In this document: piece after piece, positions 12,439 to 25,545 of the stretch
Layout of the letters: the number at the start of each line of letters is the position of its first letter
Position numbering within the stretch: position 1 is the first letter of the stretch
Assembly (NCBI GenBank): GCA_040954595.2
Contig: CM082579.2
Coordinates: forward strand, 8,731,625 to 8,795,624
DNA length: 64,000 nt
Source of the DNA: Balanoglossus misakiensis
Lineage: Eukaryota > Animalia > Hemichordata
Reading direction: 5' to 3'
Notes under the pieces: model-generated
Seen by the model: the letters and a program-made list of their open reading frames with translations, nothing else
The model's database searches: none
What the model was told of the DNA's origin: nothing
Program-made: the position numbers and the translations under genes

Positions 12439-15400
12439 GTGAGTACTGTGGTGTTTTTGTGGTATTGTGTTATGTTGAGTGATGCTGTGTTGTGCTGTCC
12501 TGCAATTTCCTTGTTGGTGTCGTCTTGCTCAAAGCTGTTGTGGTGTATTAATGATCAGTATGCGTGTCTGTGTGTTTATGTGTCTACCTGTTGTCAGAAA
12601 GTTGTGCTGTTACATCATTAATGATTTTATATGCGTTGTTGACCGTGTGTGTCTCCGTTATTTGGTCAACATAATTATTTCCTACACATATTCAGTCAGT
12701 CGGATTTGTATACCTGATGCTGTGTGAAGCTGATATTTCCCGCTCCATCATTCCATTGGATATTAATTGTTTGTAATCAAGTTTCTTCAGACTGGGGAAG
12801 GAAGGATGTCAATATAAGCTGATTCTTAAAAAGTTAAAAGAAGAGCTTATGAGCTCAGTCTAAACCAAACATGCCCCCATGATCAGACAGTAATGTTGAT
12901 GCTATTCTAACAGGTGAAGGAAGAGTTTGCAATCCCCAAGTAGGCATTACATCAAAATCAATTCACTCATCTCTGTCTGCACTGTGATTGTACTGACACC
13001 ATCTGTTGGTCTCTGTGTATGGGGGGGGGGGGGGGGGGGGGATGGTTTTAATATGTTGAATAACATCAAAGAGGTGTTTTTAACGGTAGTGGTTTTGAAT
13101 TCTGTGATCCGGTCTTTGTGAATGAATGATCCTTTCGGCCAGTGAGTAGAATATGGTGATCGTATGGTCGGAGCTCGTTGAATTACGGTAGTTTACCGAA
13201 AAAGCAGGATTGGGGTAAATTTACATCGCACGACACTAGAATGAATAGTTGTGGAATGGAACGAATTGCCACAATTACATCTCAGAGAGTGTGAGTATCA
13301 GATGGAGTGCGGCCGGCAGCAGTTTGCTATTATAGCTCGCTGGTGTCATGACAGCCGGCCGTAGTGGCCGTGCTGTCAGTCAGCGGTGAAGCTTGTGTGA
13401 TTTGGAAAATTTGACTTCCACGCTTAAGGTTTCAGGCTGCAAAAAAAATTCCATGCGGCTTTTCCATGTGTGCCGGCGTGAACTCCCGGAGATTTCTTTG
13501 CAGCTTGGCAAATCGGTCCTGGAGATTGTGGAAACTGTGATGACAGATTCTGAGAATGTAACGTTTAAGTGTCAGGCTGTATAAGATGGGCCTTCCGTTC
13601 TTGCTGGTACCCTGTTTTAATACATCCCCTTAATAGATTTGAACATTAATCAGAATTCATTTGTTTTTAAATGCTGCATGCGTTTCATACACTGGTAGTC
13701 CTTCATTCAAACTACGCACAGATATGTCCCAGATTAATTCCGACGATATCTCAGAAATAGAATAACAGCTGAGAATATGTAACTAGAATGTTGAAAATTT
13801 GCCCACAAGGTAATATGTGGATGTTGACAGTCATTGTCGCTTCTCTGAAGTGTGAGCTGTTGAACAGCAGTTAAAATGATCGTAAGCTGATTGATGAAGT
13901 GTTTGCCGTGATCAATGATTGCCACTGCCTGTTGCCATATGCTGTGTTCTTTCACTCCCTTGTCCCCGACCCGCGTCAAGCGCAATTGATCAATTGTGAA
14001 CAACCGGGCTGAGCCTTCTGCACCTCGGTCGGCTAAATAGCACAGGGGCGGCCGGACCTTTGGAGTTGCTGGCGCATCAAACCGACAAGAAATTAATTCC
14101 CATATGCGCGCGACGGAGAGGAAATTACCGGCCAGCTCTGCCATGAAGAGAGAGTTTGTGATTTCCGCATGACATGTAATGATGAAGTCGAGATGATTTA
14201 ATCTCATCGATCTTCATTTTCGAGGCTGGGAAACAACGGAAAAACTAGAACGGAATGCAGTGCAACGTCCTTTACTCCATTCACAGACACACTCCGTAGT
14301 TTTCTAATCTGCAAACAGATATATTTTGCATCCGGGGATTCTCTGATTTTCACGGAAAAGGAAGGCAAACACGGCTATCAAAAAAAAGATGTCTTCATTC
14401 ATTCCCCTGATCAAGAATCCAATTAGGAAACGAGTCTGTCTATGAACATTGATTTTATATCCCACGTCAGTCTATCGAACCCTGCTGCCCCATGCTCTAC
14501 CCATGAGCTTAGATTTTAAGTAATCAGCGATGGAGATTATTCAGCTGTAAAGAAATTGGGAGCACGCACCCAGGGTGGAAAGATTGGTGACCCAGCCACT
14601 GGCCTTTAAACCCAGAGGTTTTTCATGGTCTGGACAAATCAGGATCTGAATCCATCAGACACCAATCATGTATGACACTGATTGTGACTCCGGATAATTG
14701 AAACGCTAAATGTTCTCGTCTGACACAATCAGCTAAATTCTGTCTCCTGCACAATCAAATTACTTTTTTTTCCTGGTGACCTCAGCGATAATCACGCTGA
14801 CATTACATCTCCTGGATTAACTCTCCCATTGCCTGATTGTGCCCGGTGCCAACATTAAAGGGATACAAGTGGAACTGACAGCATTAAAGGGGCACAGGTG
14901 CATGCACTCACCTGCCCAAGCACATCCTGTGCAAAAATCATTTCCTCCTCCAAGGTGGCTCCACTCAGCATCCTTGATTTATACTTGTTGCCGAGGCAAC
15001 GGGTCTGTGTATGAGCCGAGTTGGCTTACTGGCTGTCTGTGCCTGCGCGAAGCCCAAAAGATCGACCGCTTCTGACCTTTGACCTCTCACTGTCCCATCG
15101 GTCCGCGGTGCGCAGATGCCCCCCATGGTTGTTAGCGGAGATAATACTGTGAACGAAAGGCTCTACGTCAATTTCTCCCCTGTGACCACATTTCGTAGAT
15201 AACCCAGGTACATCTTTGAAGGTTTCCGAATCCTTGGTGTATCGAGATATGTCAAGACGGGAGATTATTTCTGATCAGTTGCAGCAAAAGAGATAATGTT
15301 CAATGTTCTGTGTTTTCCCTAGGTGGAAGCATTTGTGGGGTACCTTTGCCAGTTGATGGCTTTTCCAGATTATCGTGGGAGGTAGTTGCTTATCAAATAG

Positions 15401-18400
15401 AGAAAAAAACATTGTCAACTTTGATCAGTGGATAAAGAGAAAATGTATTGAAACATTTCGAAGAACTGGTGCATGCTTTTTTAGCGAATTTGGATTTATA
15501 TAATATAGCAAGTTTATTTTAATTTAGCTGAAATACACCTTATGATGGTAAAAATTGAGACAAAGTTTGAATTATCGGCATCTTATCAGCATCTTACATA
15601 CAGAAACACTAGGCTGTGTTTGAGAGCATCCTGTCAGGCTTCACGAACAATCTGACACTAGGGAGAGTCACCTGATGAAATGTTCAACAGTCGTTTCTCG
15701 TTTCCTGCCCACGAGGGAGGGAGGAATACCTACGATGAGTGCGCTGAACTCTGTAATAATTTACGACCGAAGATTAAAGATGTCAGTAATTATCATCACC
15801 CCGGACACTCTCTCACCAATTCAGTCGCATTTCCTGTAAGGTTTTTCGGGAAGCTTTATATATTTATGACATAGTAGCATGAAGTTTTGATCAATGATTC
15901 AGATTCATGAAATAAATAAGCAAAGTCTTAGTCGAGCTAGGGTATTTTCCTCACTTTACTGAAAGAGAGGCATGATGTCAAAGGTCGTAGTGCATGACCC
16001 GCAATATTGGCCTAATATGGTGCTCTGTACTAGCTGATAAACCTGTTGAATTGCTTATTATCCTCTTCCATGTTTCAAAAATGCAATAAGAGAAAATGAT
16101 GCCCCCTTGCCTTTAAACATGGGAATTACATGTACTAGTATTTACAGTTTGTAGTTGGAGATTTTAATTTCTGAACACTGGATATGTGTCATTGACTATT
16201 TTATGTGTTAGTGAGAGCAAGTAGACAAGAGAGTAAAAAAAAACTACACTAATAACAAGCCTTGTAGATGGCTTGACAAAAGGTTTTAAGTTATTAAACC
16301 ACATTAGAGCGTTAATAGGCCCAGTAAAGTGTGGCAACAATCAACTAAAGAGCGTCTGAGACATTCACCACAAAAGGCAGTGACAAAAAATTGATAAAAC
16401 CAGCCAGGCAGACCGTCCATTACACGGACACCGGCATGTCGGGCACACCGTTGGTGGGAACTGCGACTCCCCAGGACTCTCTTTTTTTTGCCAGGAGGAG
16501 AATGAGTGCTTAAATAACTACATTGAGACGGCGGCTGTCAGGAGCGAGAAAGAGAGAGAAAAAAAACCCAAGCCGATGAATAGAATCGCAAGGCCGTAAT
16601 CAACCGCGGATCAAGTATGAAATGATTGTGTTCACAACTCGGTGCCAGTAATGGCAGCAATTCAGCCATGATAAACTCGCCACTACAAATCCTTGATGAG
16701 ACTTCTTATTAATCTATTTTAAGCCCCTGTCGAGTCTGTTCCCTTTCATCAAACGTGCTGCCACAAGGGCTCTCACCTGTGCACCGGTACAAGGAGTTAC
16801 GTGCATGCAGATGCCACTTTCGATTAATCAAACTGTCTCCTCACTTGTGTTTCCCCACTCTTGTGTGTCATATTGGCATTTTGAAGCTGGTTGTGATTGG
16901 GCATTGGTGTTACCTGTCAGCATTTATCGTTTTTATGATAACGGTGAAAACGCAAAAAAAATTACCTGTCTTTCTCGTCTCTGTTACCATATGTTTTGTT
17001 TTCAATTTTCATTCATATGCAAAAATCGCCAAAATACTTTTCAAGTTGTATTTAAGCAGGAAATTGCTTTCTTAATCGGTTATTGCAGTACTTAATAACT
17101 AATAATAGTAACATAAACTCTTTTGGCTTTGTTTGATATTGTTCAAAGAATATATTTTTGAAACTGGTGATACAATACTTGCCTCCAGTGCAATTAGAGT
17201 CGCATTCGTTACAGTACAGAAATGTGCACTAGGGAGTACAGAGGTGCTAAGAATAGACAACGAATGATTGATTATGTGGACAAATTAGTGGTGTACAGTT
17301 ATAATTCAGCATTGCACAGGTGTCTGATGGTACCATCATGTCATGCAACTGTTTTGTTCATGACTGTGTCTTTTGTTGCAAAATTCTGAACTGATTAAAA
17401 ATATTCTTTGGATTTAAAAATGATGAATACACATGTACCATACCATTTTATATTCGGTACTGACAGACGTGTATATCATTGTAATTTCTGGAATGGTGGC
17501 AGTAGTGAACACAGCTATAAATAGATGATGTAATTTAATAATCTTTTGCAATGTGGTATTAATAGTTCTGTGGCTTTAATTAATTTCTTTCAATAACATA
17601 TTACACAAAAGTTGCACCCAGTGACAGTTCTGGTAATATTGCATAATTTGTTTGTTTTGTTCATTTTTTTTTTCGTAGTGCAGGTTTAATACCTGCAACA
17701 GACATTGAAAATCTGGTTTTCTGTCTGAAGCCACAGTAAGCCCTACATTCATAGGTAAAGTGGCTAAATGTGTAATAGATTGATATCTGATTGGAGGGTA
17801 CACACTGCCCACAAAAATGCGTGATTCGCTAATGAGAAAGCCATTAAGCGTGCTAAAGAACGAAATTACATGGGCAGAGAGAAAGAGAGAGAGAGAAAAA
17901 AGATAGATTATGCCTGGAGTGATTTATGCCAAGTTGCAGAGATAGAGGCAGGGCTCGGTGTGCAAGACGCTTGACTGGCGTCCCTGCTGGCCAAAGTCAC
18001 CAGATAGCATCACCTGTATTGGCAATTCAATTACTCCCAGTGTTTGGCGGTGCTTAGCGTTTGACTAAGTGTAACCAGGCTTATCAAATTAAGATCTGTC
18101 CCCTATTCAACTGGCAATTAGGCCGGGACTGCCTCCCTCTGCTTCTTAGTTGGGTCGTCTCGGAGTGTAGGCATTGAATCAAGATTTTTTTTTTCTCATA
18201 ACAGAAGGGCAAATTAAATCCTGTCTGTGTTGTAATGTTTATAGGAGGTTCTGTGTGACTTGAGTGTACATGTAGCTGTTGTTTCCTGACTGGTCAGACT
18301 TCACTTAATAAAGCTGTGACTCCTCTTCAATCTGAGCTAGAGAACCTGATAAATGAAAAATAAAGAAGGAATGAAAAAAAAAATTATCTTCTGGCCCAGT

Positions 18401-19587
18401 AATTGGGTTACCCGTGTGTTTTCAAAAGCTTTCCAAACTACATGTTCTGTCGTTTATCGAGAGACTCATGCATGGGGGAAAAAAGTAGTGCTCATTAATA
18501 TTTTACATAGCGTGTGAACGTTAGGTAAATCCATTGCGTGTGGAGCCATTAAAAACGCATTAAACTGAACATGGTTGAGTGAGGATATATTTGTATGATT
18601 CAGTGCTCTGCTGAAAGTCTCTCTCGCTACTCAGGATAATCATGTCTCTCAACCCTAAACTTGTTATTTGCTTGTCTTAACTACGTCGCTTGTAAATAAA
18701 AGAGTCAAAGCCTGATTTTGTGTACAATGTAATTTGGCTGTTTGTATCATTGCTGTCATTTTGCGATCAGCAGGGATGTGACATAAATGGCCAACATATC
18801 TGCTGTGGGCTGATCACCCGGTAATTGTTTTTACAAAATATCTGTGATTATTTTTCCTGATAGTGGGTGATAATAGTGATTATCAAGTGATATTTTCCTG
18901 GTCGGCACGGTTTGAAATGATGTCAGATTGATTGCAGGGATCTTCTTGGAAAGAAAGTTGTGAAGGCGTAATCATTCATTGATATTGACATCCTTGTGGG
19001 TCTCAAATACGGAGAGGATGACCCAACAACCCATCTCACACGCGTCACATGTAATCTAACTGACATGAACACTCAAAAAGTAACCCCTGAAATTGAAAGC
19101 GATTAGCTCACCTGTGAACGGCAGTCCCGGTGCCTAGCTCCCCAAGTAGGCAGCGGTGTTTTTTATCGCCGCAGTGTCTTCCGTTTAATGAGAAGTCACC
19201 CGAGTGTTGCAATCAGCTGATGATATGATGGCCTGTGACAGCTTGTATGATGAAGTCGTCCACTGTATCACTTTCAGTTCACAGCACCTAAATAACTGCT
19301 GACTGGAATGACTGAGATAACCTTTCCAGTTTGAGACTGTTTAAAGAATTTATTGCCATCGGCTAACAAAAGAAAACGGTTCAAAAAGGCATGATTTGAC
19401 TTAGCCGTCGATAATGAAAGAATGTCGCAAGCTTTAATGATATTAACGTTGCCCTTGAAGTATGCCATTATATGTTTGAACATATATATTTAATTGTTAT
19501 AATTACTAAGTGTCCTTCAAGGATAGCAGTTATATTATAGGGGGTATGAATATCTGATGAATGATGGGATGTCTCGGCACGCAGTGA

Positions 19588-19603
19588 CAGCGCCCCCTAT
19601 TGA
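19588..19603 (-). promoter_or_regulatory. CTCF-like motif
   Basis: Reverse complement TCAATAGGGGGCGCTG resembles the CTCF core CCACYAGRKGGCRS; motif match only. Confidence 0.35.
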
Positions 19604-22406
19604 GAGCCGAGTGAGAATCCCCTCAGCATGTATTCTTGGAATCCAGCCTTCAACCAATCCACCGGGGACATCAGAATTTTTGTTTCTCCAAGTTACTGTC
19701 GATCAGACACAGCGATAGGTGTGGGGCAACCTTGAAGGGCTTTAGGAGAAACGTGGGAATTCCTGTCATGGAAAACAGGCTAGACTTAAGTTAAAAACAC
19801 ATTATTGAATGATGTAGTGTCTAATGTCTGATGTTCCAATTCACTTTGCAAAAAAAACAAAAATCAAATTATTTTGGACGCGGAATCTGTCCTTGAAATT
19901 AAGGGAATTAAACACAATCACCAGGAAGGCTTGGTATTTATGGGATAATGCTTTTCGCAATGAGTTGGCTGAAGCTCTTGATGAGTCATGTAGTACTTAG
20001 TACTCTCCTGGATGGTTTCCCAGTTCAATGCGGCATGTGCATCAAATTCTGTGATGATCTTCAATCTACACAATCAGATATCAGACGTCGCCGGGGAGAG
20101 ATAGAGAGAATTCTGCTCACGCGATGTCTTTTTTTCCCCTGCCATTCCATCAATATCTCGCTTTATCTGTTAGACACATGGAGCAAATACTGTCAGGCAA
20201 TGTTTGATTCAGTATTAGCCAATTTGCAGCCATTATTTTCAACTGTCAGTTTTGCTTCCCAGTATGCGCCTGAAAATATTGTCACAAAAGTTTCAAAACC
20301 CAAGATAATCACTCGAAAGTGTTGTTTTTCCATCTGAGAAGACTAATTGCCATTTGTGTTTCTGTCATCTCTGGTGATGCAATATTTTTTTTGAAAATCA
20401 ATTTTTTGACGGCTCCAAAATGATCTCATATATTGCGTCATTTCCATGTTCTCCCGGCCTAGGCTACTCATTCTGTGCAGGTTACCATGGTGATGATAGA
20501 GATTATCGCGTAGTTGTTTTGAAGATGGGGTACTTGTCTCAATTTGCACCTGATGAAAGACACCCCCCCCCCAAAAAAATAAAATAATTGATGATACATC
20601 CCAAGATATGCAGCTGCTCATCAAAGGAGCATCTGAACACAGAAATACCGAACACAAATTGAGTGCGCTTAGATTACGTATGCACAGCTTGTCTAACATC
20701 TGTCTCAGAAGGTTAGCGATGAAATTGGCCAATTCTGTCTCGGTTTATCTGCTAATGAATGAAAGATGTTGTCATTTGATTTTTTTCTTGATACAGCCTG
20801 TTCTTATATTTTATGTTGTTAGACTATTCTGTAAAAATTACATCTGATGTTGTTAGACTATTCTATAGAAATTTATTTTATAATGTGTGAATTAATTGAT
20901 ATGTTTTTGTAGGTGGGCTTTCTTAGATGACTAACAGTTCAGTATAGCGTAATATCAACATATTTTGAAGAGTAGTACAAGAATGAAGTTAAATACACAC
21001 AATCAAAAATACTGAACCTTTTCTGCGATACACGTAACTATGCTTTTCCCTATACACAATCAGCTGTTCACCTCCGCACAGAATCATACTCGGTCACTGT
21101 CCCACGCAAATCCATATGAGCAGCAGTACAATTGATCTTATCTCAATAAATCAATTTCACTTTATCTACTAATCACAATTAGTGGGTGGATCTGTTGAAA
21201 TTTTTTACCATCAATCGCAGCATTAAGCACCTGCATGCCTCTGCTGAAATTTGAACCACTGAGATCGTTTTTGTTGATCCCCGATATGTTTTAGTTGAGT
21301 GAATATATTTAGATAAATTGCAAAACATAATCTCTTGGTAATTAATTCTTTTTTGTGTAGTGTTAATTTTTTTTAAAAAAGGGATCAGTCCAGTGAAGGA
21401 CATATCTTTTTTTTTAGTTTAAACCTTTCTGCTGTACACATTTCAAGATGTCAGCTCTGTTGAAACTATGTTTAACTGTATCAGCCGGCAGGTTTAATTG
21501 CGGTGTCTTGGCCGCGATTAAATGTCATCAGTGAAACTATCAGCCTGAAATAGCATCACAGGAAATGGAATTTTCCTGGGGAACCTGACTTGAAGATAGC
21601 TTGACAGGAAGCCGCCACTTGGGGAGTTATTTTCTCTCTTAATATTCTGATGGCCCTTGTCGACTGGGGCATGAATGTTTGATGCCGTGAGAATTGTTAT
21701 CGAATTGACGCTGTAACAATTTGTCAGATGGGACCACACATGATCCATATTCAGTTAGGAATGTAGTTTGTAATTTGTGAAGGCTTTTAAAATAATATCA
21801 GAATTAGGTCATATTTAAAATTTGGAATTTTGAAATAAAAACTTCTCGGGGGAATGTACTGCTATGGGTGTATTTTCCGATCGCTCAAATATGTCTGCAG
21901 GGCCTTCTTGGATTTTTTTTTTATTTTAGCAACTTACAATACATGTTTATTTTTGGCTTCAGTAATTAGATATGTATGTTTCAGTGATAGGATAAAATTA
22001 TATTAATGAAAGTGACTGTGACTGAACTGTTGTGTCCCAGATTCAAGTGTTTGCACACAGCATAAAAATTAAATAATAATTCATACTAAATTCATTGTAA
22101 ATAAACATGAGTGGGCCCACCACACACCTGTTGCATTGACAACCATTTCAACTGTCATGTCCTGCCAATCATGAGGATTGAAACAGTAATTATCTTGAGA
22201 TGGAAATGGTTGTGTGTCGTAAGTTCAGTGAGTGAATCTTGTATGCTCCGCCATACATGTGTGCCAAATCTGTTTTCTACTATCCCTGACTATTAGTCAC
22301 AGCCCATTGATTAGAGACCATGATCTTCTCATGAATGTCTTCATGGGCTTCTGTCTTCATGCTTCTTTTCTCATGATCACATGATGAGCATGTGACTAAA
22401 CACTAT

Positions 22407-22422
22407 TAGCGCCCTCTTGTGG
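22407..22422 (-). promoter_or_regulatory. CTCF-like motif
   Basis: Reverse complement CCACAAGAGGGCGCTA is a close match to the CTCF core; motif match only. Confidence 0.45.
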
Positions 22423-23082
22423 GCCTCAGTACGGGTAATGCAAGCGAACAAGTGTTACATTTTTCGTCCCTGCAGTCAAAACCCACAGTTACCCAGTCAG
22501 TTTTGAGATCTTCATGTCAGCTGTTGTGATCTTATAGAGATATTCGTAAACACAACATCTGATCATCCAGTGAGGACTGTGTCATTGACAATGGCTTGTT
22601 CACAACGACTGTGTCATTCGTCTGCCTGTTACGCCATACTAGATAGATCTAATGGAACTACTGCTGCAGTAAGGATATCGCAAATTCCGTTTTGAGGGAA
22701 GTGCTCTGACTTATGCGAGACAGTTGACTTGATAGAATGTCATCAAAATTCATGGCTTGCTCCATGGTGTGATGATAACAAAGCAGTCAGATTTATTTCC
22801 TGGGAATTGACAAGAACAGAAATCGTAAAGTAGGTATTGTAATCATCATGATGCCCACTGATATAAAATTACAGTTGAGGTGTTTTTGTTAAAATTAACA
22901 ACATTTGCGAGATATACTGACTTTAACATAATAGATTTTGATCAACTCTCCTGATAAATTTTTAAAGAGATATGAAGAGGGATTTATTAAACTGCCAAAC
23001 AAACTATAAAGTGTACAGTTTTATAGCTGAGAATTACCTATGATCTCAGGATAGCGTGAAGATTTTATGGGTTTATAACGAG

Positions 23083-23121
23083 TCATTAGGTATTCATGTC
23101 GACTCATTAGGTATTCATGTC
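23083..23121. repeat. Short tandem duplication (period 21)
   Basis: tcattaggtattcatgtc occurs at 23083 and 23104. Confidence 0.85.
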
Positions 23122-25289
23122 ACAGGTGATGATTTGAATTAAGAGTTTTTGGAGACATTTCGATCACTTGTAGGACATCCACCACTGTCAACTTCAGATT
23201 TAGAGATTTTCCTTGCAGTGCAAGACAGTAGGTGAAGGTTGAATCAACAATAAAAAAGCAATGTATGAATTATTTCTTTGAGAAGCACTCAGTGAGCCCA
23301 AGTGAAAACAAAATCCTAAAGGGAAATTTCTATCCTGAAATAAATCAGGGTTTTTTTTCAGCCAGCATATTTTTTTTCCACGTGTCCTGATGCTAAGGGC
23401 CATGCGAGGTCGGCTGTATACAACTTACACTTTCTCATTTCCATATAGCTTCTGGCCCCATTTACGTAGTAATGTAAATCTTGGCTGACAAGTGGAACAT
23501 GTAGATTTTGTATAATTAAGGACAAAGCACCCAGATGTTATCACTTGGGGCGGCTTTTTTGTTGCACAAGAAACGCTGTCTCTGCTTTTCGTCAGAGATA
23601 TATAAATTGCACAGTTCCATTATGTGATGGTTATCGCTAATTTATTGATAACACAAAGCAAATATAAGCCGTATGGAATATGAGTTCAGACAGAAAAAGA
23701 TTGAGAGAACAAGTGGGACTGTTAAAAAATTGAGATCATGTCATAGATTTAATGCCTATTTGATTTCATCGATTATGCGACATGAACAAAATATTAAAAA
23801 ATTTGAAACATTTTTTTTCTACAATCACAACACAAATAGAGTTTATCTAGTTATGGTTTGTGTGTATGACACCCATGTACAGGACAACCATATGACATGA
23901 AGTATATGCTCATGACAGTTTCAAAGATTTGACAGATATCAGATTTAATGTAGTGACTCTACTGGCAGGTTAGATACTATGGTGTGTTCCTGTGAACCCC
24001 CGATGTGTTGACTCAATCTGTGTGTTTGCTGGTAAATAGTGGCCTTTGTACAGACAGCAAAAAAAAAATCAAGTGTGTAAACCCCACTTGCTAATAGTTT
24101 GCATGATCCTGATATGGCTGATTTTAGTCGGTGTAAATGTCACCCGAGTTTGCCCGTTGCGTTGCGCTCGCCTTGTAATTGCGTCTCGCAACCTTTGACG
24201 GCGTCGCCACTTAATCAATTTCTAATTTTCACCACTCGATCAATCGCAGTTATATTGACTTGTGTGTGTATCAAACTTGTGGACTCCCCTCTTCATAATG
24301 CGTTCAGTTTATTGGGGGTTGAGGTACTAGGCAGAGTTACTGTTTCCATAGCATCGATCGGTTTGCCGTAAACAGCGAGGTGTCGCTGCCCTGTTTTTAA
24401 ACACGGCAAAGTGCCGCCATCACCCGCCAACAAACAACCATCAACCGGGTACTTACAAGTATATATCATATCGCTAGGTGCTTACCGGAGATCGCGAGCG
24501 AGAGTTCACCAATTTGCGTAGATGGCGGCAGTGTAAATAACATTAACGGCGAAATGTAAGCCCCACTCCATGGCAATCTATCATGCGCTCACTGACGCAT
24601 GTGGAAGAAATACGAGGGTCAGTAAAAAAAAAAGGAGCAGAAAACTGATCGAGGATATACGCTATCGCTAACGGCAGCTGTGTGACAGGGCCATGGGAAT
24701 TATGCAAAGGCTTGTTTTTTTTTCAGTGAAATGAGAGTCATCATAATGTAGCGTTTATTCCACTGTTTAAGAATCAAAGCACGGTTAGGATTCCAACTGT
24801 TGCCCAGGTACCTGGCATTTGTCATATATATATCATGAGGCCATGGAAAAAAATACTCTCGATCCAAAAAGAAACCTTCTTTTCTGTTGATTTTATTTTG
24901 CTGTTCACATCACATTGCCAAATTCAGTCAAGGAAAATTGTGAACCAGTTCAGTCTTGTACAAATTCAAAACATCTGTGTCAATTGTGCATATTGATTTT
25001 TCGAACGAAATTAGTTGGTAGGGATACAAATTTTTAATTATTTTCTGACGCTAAATCGCCCAGACCTCCCAGGTCCAAACAAGTGTAAAATCAAGCTGAT
25101 TGATGAATAATTAATGTGCAGTTGTTGCAAAGGAAAGAGGACTAATCAGATGGACAGGATGAATATCACATGAGGCCACCGCACTCAGAGATCTCCGGAG
25201 GGACCGCCAGGCAAATCTGTCATATCCTTGGCTTTCATCTACTTATATAGCCATTATAAATTTACAAGGCTATAAAATATCCAGTGTTA

Positions 25290-25545
25290 TGAATTGAACG
25301 ATATGGCCAGGTTGTAATTCAATATGTCATCGGCAGGTATGTTAAGTGATGATTCCCCATCAACAATTTTTTTTAACGTTTTGTTTGCATTCGTCAAGTT
25401 GTATTTTTGTAAACTCTTGCGTAGTGTTTGCGAGAAGAGCAACCCACACCTGAACATGTTTTTGAGAGAGGTTTTAAAGAGAGTGGATTTGATTATTGGT
25501 TGAAACATTTTTATAAAGTTTCTATATTCGTTAAGTGGGGCATGG
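25290..25545 (+). mobile_element. Possible decayed 3' fragment of a LINE (L1/Tx1-like) ORF2
   Basis: One frame reads ...TIFFNVLFAFVKLYFCKLLRSVCEKSNPHLNMFLREVLKRVD, followed by a KW-like end, reminiscent of the N-x-L-x3-K-x-Y...P-x-L-x2-F C-terminus of such ORF2s. Interrupted by stops; weak. Confidence 0.3.

Noticed and set aside
13734-14207. Longest ORF (157 aa, minus strand)
   Set aside because: No recognisable domain or coding-like composition; overlaps a block better explained as regulatory DNA.
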